From assembly GCA_963796965.1 (NCBI GenBank), contig CAWCNS010000009.1:585470-649469 (forward strand): a stretch of 64,000 nucleotides of DNA, in the 5' to 3' direction. Origin of the DNA: Calditrichia bacterium. Lineage in GTDB: Bacteria > Calditrichota > Calditrichia > JAJRVZ01. The notes under the pieces are model-generated. The model was not told the origin of the DNA. It made no database searches and saw only the letters and a list, made by a program, of their open reading frames with translations. The translations under genes and the position numbers were made by a program. This document shows positions 58,587 through 64,000 of the stretch, piece after piece. The first letter of the stretch is position 1. Every line of letters begins with the position of its first letter.

Positions 58587-59450
58587 TTATTTTTTAACAT
58601 CAAACACTACCTTCTCCACAGTGAACCTGGCATAACAGAATTCAATATCATCATAATGCCAGATGGCCTTTCCAAAAGTGGGTATCAGCTGACCGTTAAA
58701 TTCTTTGTAATCACCAAAAGGTGTGGACCACATGGTGCGAACGTATTTTTTGGGATCTTTTGGATCGCGATTTAAAAACCGGTCATTGGTTATATAATTT
58801 GCTAAAAGCCCCTGGTCATCAAACTGCAATTCTGCTTCTATCACTATGTTGTGATCTGAAAATTTAAAACTTAGCACCTTATCATTAACCTCTTTCCAGG
58901 TAAACCTGTCTTTAAGCTGAATTAATACCCAGGGAAACATTAAAAAAGCATCATTGATATAAGTGTTCAACTCACCAATATCAAAGGCTTCTCCCCTCTC
59001 ATCGAAAATGGTAATCAGGCGCATTAACTTTCCTTTCATATTACCATGTCCATCCTGGTAAATATCTGATCCAACCATGGAAAAGAGCCCCATCTTATCA
59101 GCACGAATAAAAAAGAGACGTAACGGTTCTATAAAAGAATTAAACTGCAGCGTATTAACTTTAATCCACGGCTGGTCTTTTGCCATTTTGAAATCGCCAT
59201 TAAAATATAAAACGGCATTTTGATAAAGAGGTTTTCCTACCATACCGCGGATTTTAAAATATTTTTTTATTTGTTCAGGGAAGTCCTCCAAATCGGTTTC
59301 GTTAACCATTCTTTGCATACCCCTGAAATGTATATCAGGAAGTTCTTCAAGTACCTCGCTTAACTTGTCATCTAATGAGACATTTTTTAAATACAGAAGT
59401 ACAGCGATAATAATAACCAGGATGATTAAAACAAGAATAAAAATTTTCAT
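58587..59450 (-). CDS. hypothetical membrane-anchored protein
   Basis: N-terminal TM MKIFILVLIILVIIIAVLLYL. 287 aa, no recognised domain. Confidence 0.55.
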   Translation of the reverse strand: MKIFILVLIILVIIIAVLLYLKNVSLDDKLSEVLEELPDIHFRGMQRMVNETDLEDFPEQIKKYFKIRGMVGKPLYQNAVLYFNGDFKMAKDQPWIKVNTLQFNSFIEPLRLFFIRADKMGLFSMVGSDIYQDGHGNMKGKLMRLITIFDERGEAFDIGELNTYINDAFLMFPWVLIQLKDRFTWKEVNDKVLSFKFSDHNIVIEAELQFDDQGLLANYITNDRFLNRDPKDPKKYVRTMWSTPFGDYKEFNGQLIPTFGKAIWHYDDIEFCYARFTVEKVVFDVKK

Positions 59451-59777
59451 GATTTTTCCGATATACTTTGGTGAAGACCTAGTTAATCTATTGCAGATTA
59501 GTTAAATTTTAAAGAATAATGTGATTATTTGTTTGATTAAGCAAAATCTATTCGAACAGATCAATACCTATTTACATCAAAATTATCTCCTCTATGAGTG
59601 CCTTTAAAAGGTAACTATATTGTGTTTTATTTAAGCTTAATTATTAGAAAATTCAATTGCTAATTTTTTCACCAAGTGGTACCTTATTGACGCACAAACC
59701 TCTCGAGAACCGACACCAATTATCAATTGCCCATTGATAATTGCAGATTGACAATTTAGTATAGTAAGGAGACAAAT

Positions 59778-61313
59778 ATGTCCTGTTGTCATACTAACAT
59801 GAACAGACGCGAGTTTCTGGAATTAACTGCTGCCGGTACGGCGGCCATTAGTCTGGCAGGAATAGCACCCCTGTATTCCGGCAGAACAATCCCTGACTGG
59901 AATCCCGACGCACCATTTATGAAAATCGGACGAGAACTTATCGTCCAACCGGTTTTAATGTACACCGAATCCACCCCCAGAAAACAAACCTCGTATAAAT
60001 CCTGGGGAGGCATACAGGATGATGCCTCTGCCGATGAAGAGGTAAATCGTATTACAATAGAATTGAAAAACCTGGGCAAAACATCGGACTTTCCTCTGGA
60101 AATTTTACCCGTAAAAAAAGCCAAAACGGTTGATATGGCGAATCAGATCCACAAGGGAAAATTTGATGTAATCATCGTTTACCCGGCCCGGGGTGGTGGT
60201 GACTTACTACGTGCTTGTATTTCACAGGAGAAAGATACCCTTATTTTTGCCCGTCAAAAATCCGGGCCTGTTTATTACTGGTATGAAGCGTTGAGTGTTC
60301 GTTACCTGAAGACGGATGATCAAACAAGAGAGGAAGCTATTGCAGAAGGTAAATTCGCATCTGTTCAGGATGTCGTAATTGACGATATGGAGGAACTGCA
60401 AAGTAAGCTTCGATCCCTGTTTGGTGTAATTAATTTTATGGGTACAAAGATTGTTTCTCTGGGGGGACCGATTGGAAAATATAGTCCAGAAGCGCCCGAT
60501 ATTGCACGAAAGAACTATAACTGGGACATTGTGAATGTCTCATATGTGGATCTCAACAAGCGAATCCAAAGCGCCCGTGCGGATCAACGACTGATCAAGA
60601 AATCTAAAGAATGGGCACAGAGATATCTTTCAATTCCTGGAACAACTCTTAAAACCGAGCCTCAATTTGTAGATAACTGCTTTATCCTTTATTCAATATT
60701 CAGAGATTATATGAATGAGCACGATACCCAGGCTTTTACCATTAAAGACTGCATGGGTACTGTAATGCCCATGTCCGAAACAACTGCTTGTCTGACTTTA
60801 GGCCTGCTCAACGATGAAGGTTACATGGCTTTTTGTGAGTCCGATTTTGTGATTATTCCACCTGGTGTCCTATTACGATATATTTCAGGTAAACCAGTAT
60901 TTTTGCACAATTCCACCTTTCCCCATAAGGGTGAAGTTACCTGTGCCCATTGTATTGGTCCACGACGTATGGATGGCGATCGCTACGAGCCAACCGAGAT
61001 CATGACCCATTATGAATCGGAATATGGTGCGGCACCAAAGGTTGAAATTCCAATTGGGCAAGAATTAACATTTCTTGACCCAGAATATAGTACTGGTCGG
61101 TGGTTGGGATTTAAAGGAAAGGTTCTTGGTAATCCTTATTATGAGATCTGTCGTTCCCAGCAGGATGTAAAAATTATAGGTGACTGGAGAAAACTAAAAA
61201 ATGAAGTTCGCGATTCCCATTGGGTAACTGCCTATGGTGATCATTTGGATGAATGTGGTTATGCTGCCCATAAACTGGGACTTAAATGGGAGAATTTTTC
61301 AGAAACAATTTGA
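59778..61313 (+). CDS. TAT-signal secreted protein of unknown function
   Basis: Twin-arginine motif NRREFLELTAAGTAAISLAG. 511 aa. Good RBS AAGGAG. Confidence 0.6.
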   Translation: MSCCHTNMNRREFLELTAAGTAAISLAGIAPLYSGRTIPDWNPDAPFMKIGRELIVQPVLMYTESTPRKQTSYKSWGGIQDDASADEEVNRITIELKNLGKTSDFPLEILPVKKAKTVDMANQIHKGKFDVIIVYPARGGGDLLRACISQEKDTLIFARQKSGPVYYWYEALSVRYLKTDDQTREEAIAEGKFASVQDVVIDDMEELQSKLRSLFGVINFMGTKIVSLGGPIGKYSPEAPDIARKNYNWDIVNVSYVDLNKRIQSARADQRLIKKSKEWAQRYLSIPGTTLKTEPQFVDNCFILYSIFRDYMNEHDTQAFTIKDCMGTVMPMSETTACLTLGLLNDEGYMAFCESDFVIIPPGVLLRYISGKPVFLHNSTFPHKGEVTCAHCIGPRRMDGDRYEPTEIMTHYESEYGAAPKVEIPIGQELTFLDPEYSTGRWLGFKGKVLGNPYYEICRSQQDVKIIGDWRKLKNEVRDSHWVTAYGDHLDECGYAAHKLGLKWENFSETI

Positions 61314-61463
61314 ATCATAACGCGTAGTACAAGCAAGCATCGTGGAATAGGGGAAATTGTGATGACTTCCCCTATTTTTCTTCGTAACTTATGCGACTAA
61401 AAAGAATCTAACCACAGAGAACACGAAAATATCTTCAAAGGTATAAAGATTATTGATCTCTTA

Positions 61464-61531
61464 GTCATCCCGAACTCGTTTCGGGATCTAATTGCACGAG
61501 TGATAAGATGCTGAACCAAGTTCAGCATGAC
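61464..61531. repeat. REP/MITE-like palindromic element, copy 2 (GTCAT ... ATGAC termini, two internal hairpins)
   Basis: GTCATcccgaactcgtttcgggatctaattgcacgagtgataagatgctgaaccaagttcagcATGAC. Hairpins tcccgaa/ttcggga and tgctgaac/gttcagca. Confidence 0.55.
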
Positions 61532-61578
61532 GAAATTGATTAAATACGATTCAAATAGTACATGATGTTATTGATAAG

Positions 61579-61608
61579 ATTTCGTGTCTACTTCGTGCTC
61601 TTCGTGTT
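61579..61608. promoter_or_regulatory. three ~10-bp-phased TTCGTG repeats upstream of the M3 peptidase gene
   Basis: tttcgtgtcta cttcgtgctc ttcgtgttat, 47-76 bp upstream of the ATG at 61655. Confidence 0.45.
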
Positions 61609-61654
61609 ATAAAAAATAAACATTAGTCAAACAAAATAAGATAGGGAAATTATT

Positions 61655-63751
61655 ATGTATAAGTTTGTTTTATTATCAATTATCGGAGGGCTATTTTTAA
61701 TGGGCTGTTCAAAAAAAGATTCAAACCCCTTTTACAACGAATATGACACGCCATTTAAAACACCTCCCTTCGCTGAAGTAAAGATGGAACATTATATGCC
61801 GGCATTTAAAGACGGTATTGTACAGGAAAAAGAGGAAATTATTGCCATTGCCACAAACCCGGAGGCAGCGACATTTAAAAATACCCTTGAGGCAATGGAA
61901 AAAACAGGCGAACTTTTAGATAAAGTCAGTAATGTATTCTACAATCTGAAATCATCAAATACTAATGATGAAATGCAAAAAATAGCAAAAGAATTATCTC
62001 CGATGCTTTCCAAACACCGTGATGATATTCGTCTTAACAAACAGCTTTTTGAAAGAATTAAAACCCTCTATGACCAGAAAGACAAACTGAACTTAAATGG
62101 TGAACAGAACCGGTTACTGGAAAAGTATTATAAAAACTTTGTTCGTGGTGGTGCTAATCTCAATGAAACACAAAAAGGTGAACTCCGGGAAATAAATAAG
62201 CAGTTATCGCTTTTAACCCTACAATTTGGTGAAAACATTTTAAATGAGAATAATTCTTTTGAAATGGTAATCGAAAAGAAAGAAGATCTGGCCGGATTAC
62301 CAGATGCTCAGATTGCTGCCGCTGCAGAAACGGCTACAAGTCGTAAACATGAGGGTAAATGGGTTTTTACCCTCCACAAACCAAGTTTGATACCATTTTT
62401 ACAATATTCTGAGAAACGCGATTTACGCGAAATCATGTTTAAAGGGTACATAAACCGTGGAGACAACAACAATGATCTGGATAATAAAAAGATATTAACC
62501 CAAATCGCTGCTCTCCGTGTAAAACGGGCAAATTTACTTGGGTATAAATCCCACGCAGACTATGTTTTAGAACAAAACATGGCAAAAAATCCGGCAAAAG
62601 TCTATGCCCTTCTTGATGATTTGTGGAAACCTGCTTTGGCAAAGGCTAAAAATGAAGTAAAAGAGATGCAAAAAATGATCTATGCCGAAGGTAAAAACTT
62701 TAAGCTGGAGCCATGGGATTGGTGGTTTTATGCCGAGAAAGTAAAAAAAGCAAAATATGATCTGGATGAAGAAATGATTCGTCCCTATTTTCAGGTTGAA
62801 AATGTTCGCCAGGGAGCATTTGATGTCGCTACCAAATTATTTGGAATCACCTTTACTGAAAGAAAAGATATCCCTATTTATCATGAGGACGTGACGGTTT
62901 ATGAAGTAAAAGAGGCCGACGGCACCCACATTGGTATTTTATATACAGATTATTTCCCCAGGGCAAGTAAAGGGGGTGGCGCCTGGATGAATGAATTCAG
63001 AGCCCAGTCCAATATGGACGGCAAAGAGATCAGACCATTGATTGTCAATGTGGGAAATTTTACAAAACCTGTAGGTGACAAACCCGCCCTGATCAGCTAC
63101 GATGAGGCAAATACGCTTTTTCATGAATTTGGACATGCCCTTCATGGCCTCCTTACCGATGTAACTTATCCCAGTTTATCCGGAACAAATGTCTCCCGGG
63201 ACTTTGTCGAACTTTGTTCCCAGATTATGGAGAATTGGGCATCAGAACCAGAAGTATTAAGATCCTACGCCCGCCACTATAAGACTGGCGAACCAATTCC
63301 GGAAGAGTTAATAAATAAAATCAAAGAGAGTGGAAAGTTCAACCAGGGTTTTGCAACATTAGAATATTTGGCCGCTTCATATCTGGATATGGATTGGCAT
63401 ACAATTACGGAAACGACCGAACAGGATCCATTAAAATTTGAGACAACTTCGATGGCAAAAATCAATCTTATAGATGAGATTGTTCCACGCTATCGCAGTC
63501 CCTATTTTTCTCATATTTTTTCCGGTGGCTATTCATCCGGATATTATAGTTATATCTGGGCAGAGGTTTTAGATGCCGATGCTTTTGCAGCATTCAAAAA
63601 AGCAGGAATATTTGATCAAAAAACCGCCAAAGCCTTCCGGAAAAATATTCTTGAGCGGGGTGATACTGAGGATCCAATGGAATTATATGTGCGCTTCCGG
63701 GGTGCCGAGCCAAAAATCGAGCCGATATTGGAACGAAGAGGTTTAAATTAG
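61655..63751 (+). CDS. dcp: M3-family zinc metallopeptidase (peptidyl-dipeptidase Dcp / oligopeptidase A-like), lipoprotein
   Basis: HEXXH in LFHEFGHALHGLL. Lipobox LFLMGCS. M3 family length of 698 aa. Confidence 0.9.
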   Translation: MYKFVLLSIIGGLFLMGCSKKDSNPFYNEYDTPFKTPPFAEVKMEHYMPAFKDGIVQEKEEIIAIATNPEAATFKNTLEAMEKTGELLDKVSNVFYNLKSSNTNDEMQKIAKELSPMLSKHRDDIRLNKQLFERIKTLYDQKDKLNLNGEQNRLLEKYYKNFVRGGANLNETQKGELREINKQLSLLTLQFGENILNENNSFEMVIEKKEDLAGLPDAQIAAAAETATSRKHEGKWVFTLHKPSLIPFLQYSEKRDLREIMFKGYINRGDNNNDLDNKKILTQIAALRVKRANLLGYKSHADYVLEQNMAKNPAKVYALLDDLWKPALAKAKNEVKEMQKMIYAEGKNFKLEPWDWWFYAEKVKKAKYDLDEEMIRPYFQVENVRQGAFDVATKLFGITFTERKDIPIYHEDVTVYEVKEADGTHIGILYTDYFPRASKGGGAWMNEFRAQSNMDGKEIRPLIVNVGNFTKPVGDKPALISYDEANTLFHEFGHALHGLLTDVTYPSLSGTNVSRDFVELCSQIMENWASEPEVLRSYARHYKTGEPIPEELINKIKESGKFNQGFATLEYLAASYLDMDWHTITETTEQDPLKFETTSMAKINLIDEIVPRYRSPYFSHIFSGGYSSGYYSYIWAEVLDADAFAAFKKAGIFDQKTAKAFRKNILERGDTEDPMELYVRFRGAEPKIEPILERRGLN

Positions 63752-63781
63752 ATTCCCATAAATTTTCTTCCTTTTTAATAT

Positions 63782-63815
63782 GGCCCCTTACTACTTTTGT
63801 TTGGGGCCTTTTTTT
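63782..63815 (+). terminator. rho-independent terminator 3' of the M3 peptidase gene
   Basis: ggcccc-ttactacttttgttt-ggggcc followed by the T-tract ttttttt. Confidence 0.6.
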
Positions 63816-63897
63816 ATCCTTTATCCCATGATTGGTTTATTTAACCTGTAAATTGTAGCGACGAAAATTAATGATCAAATGAAAGTCTCATCTCAAA

Positions 63898-63964
63898 TGT
63901 CATTCCGAACTTGTTTCGGAATCTAATAGCTATCATTTTAGACCCTGAAACGAGTTCAGGGTGA
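63898..63964. repeat. REP/MITE-like palindromic element, copy 3
   Basis: GTCATtccgaacttgtttcggaatctaatagctatcattttagaccctgaaacgagttcagggTGAC. Same two-hairpin architecture and similar length (67 bp). Confidence 0.55.
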
Positions 63965-64000
63965 CTAATACCCACCAAATCAATTTAATACAGATTTTCA

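Overview
This 64 kb window looks like an AT-rich chromosomal region (~40% GC by eye) from an FCB-group bacterium (Bacteroidetes/Ignavibacteria/Marinimicrobia-like). The main evidence is that two giant surface proteins end in a canonical T9SS C-terminal sorting domain. I found no rRNA, tRNA, CRISPR array or transposase.

Gene content, 5' to 3':
- Sulfur-carrier-dependent cysteine biosynthesis module: cysM, then a JAMM/MPN+ protease (mec), then a CysO-like ubiquitin-fold carrier fused to a MoeZ E1 adenylyltransferase plus rhodanese.
- An SDR epimerase carrying a novel ~190-aa C-terminal tail.
- Two secreted amidohydrolases.
- A MacAB-like efflux set: two FtsX permeases and a membrane-fusion protein, with no ATPase gene in the window.
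- Outer-membrane proteins and lipoproteins.
- A carbohydrate/glycan-foraging set: GH78 alpha-L-rhamnosidase with a PA14 domain, DUF1080 3-keto-disaccharide hydrolase, DUF5916, sulfatase, TAT-exported Gfo/Idh/MocA (GH109-like), DUF2961/GH172, and a GH30 remnant.
- Lipid-related genes: a G1PDH-like enzyme, a DAGK-type lipid kinase and plsC.
- purU, an SPFH protein, and a Ser/Thr kinase fused to an adenylyl-cyclase domain.
- A PEGA-domain protein.
- Two tandem paralogous giant LVIVD-repeat beta-propeller / Fn3-like / dockerin+cohesin-like / T9SS proteins, each about 2,000 aa or more, preceded by a cohesin-like lipoprotein.
- S15 (CocE/NonD) and M3 (Dcp) peptidases.

Striking non-coding features:
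- Helically phased (10-bp period) direct-repeat arrays of a CTTCGTG-like heptamer upstream of at least five genes.
- A family of ~67-bp palindromic GTCAT...ATGAC REP/MITE-like elements found 3' of genes.
- A 540-bp intergenic region (31024-31565) with inverted triplet repeats, an AT-rich spacer and four tandem hairpins.

Sequence quality: at least 14 genes or gene segments are broken by single-nucleotide frameshifts, one more carries an in-frame TAG, and one apparently lacks a stop codon. Most frameshifts sit at homopolymer runs, which points to systematic indel error in the assembly rather than genuine pseudogenes. Coordinates of frameshifted genes are therefore given per fragment.
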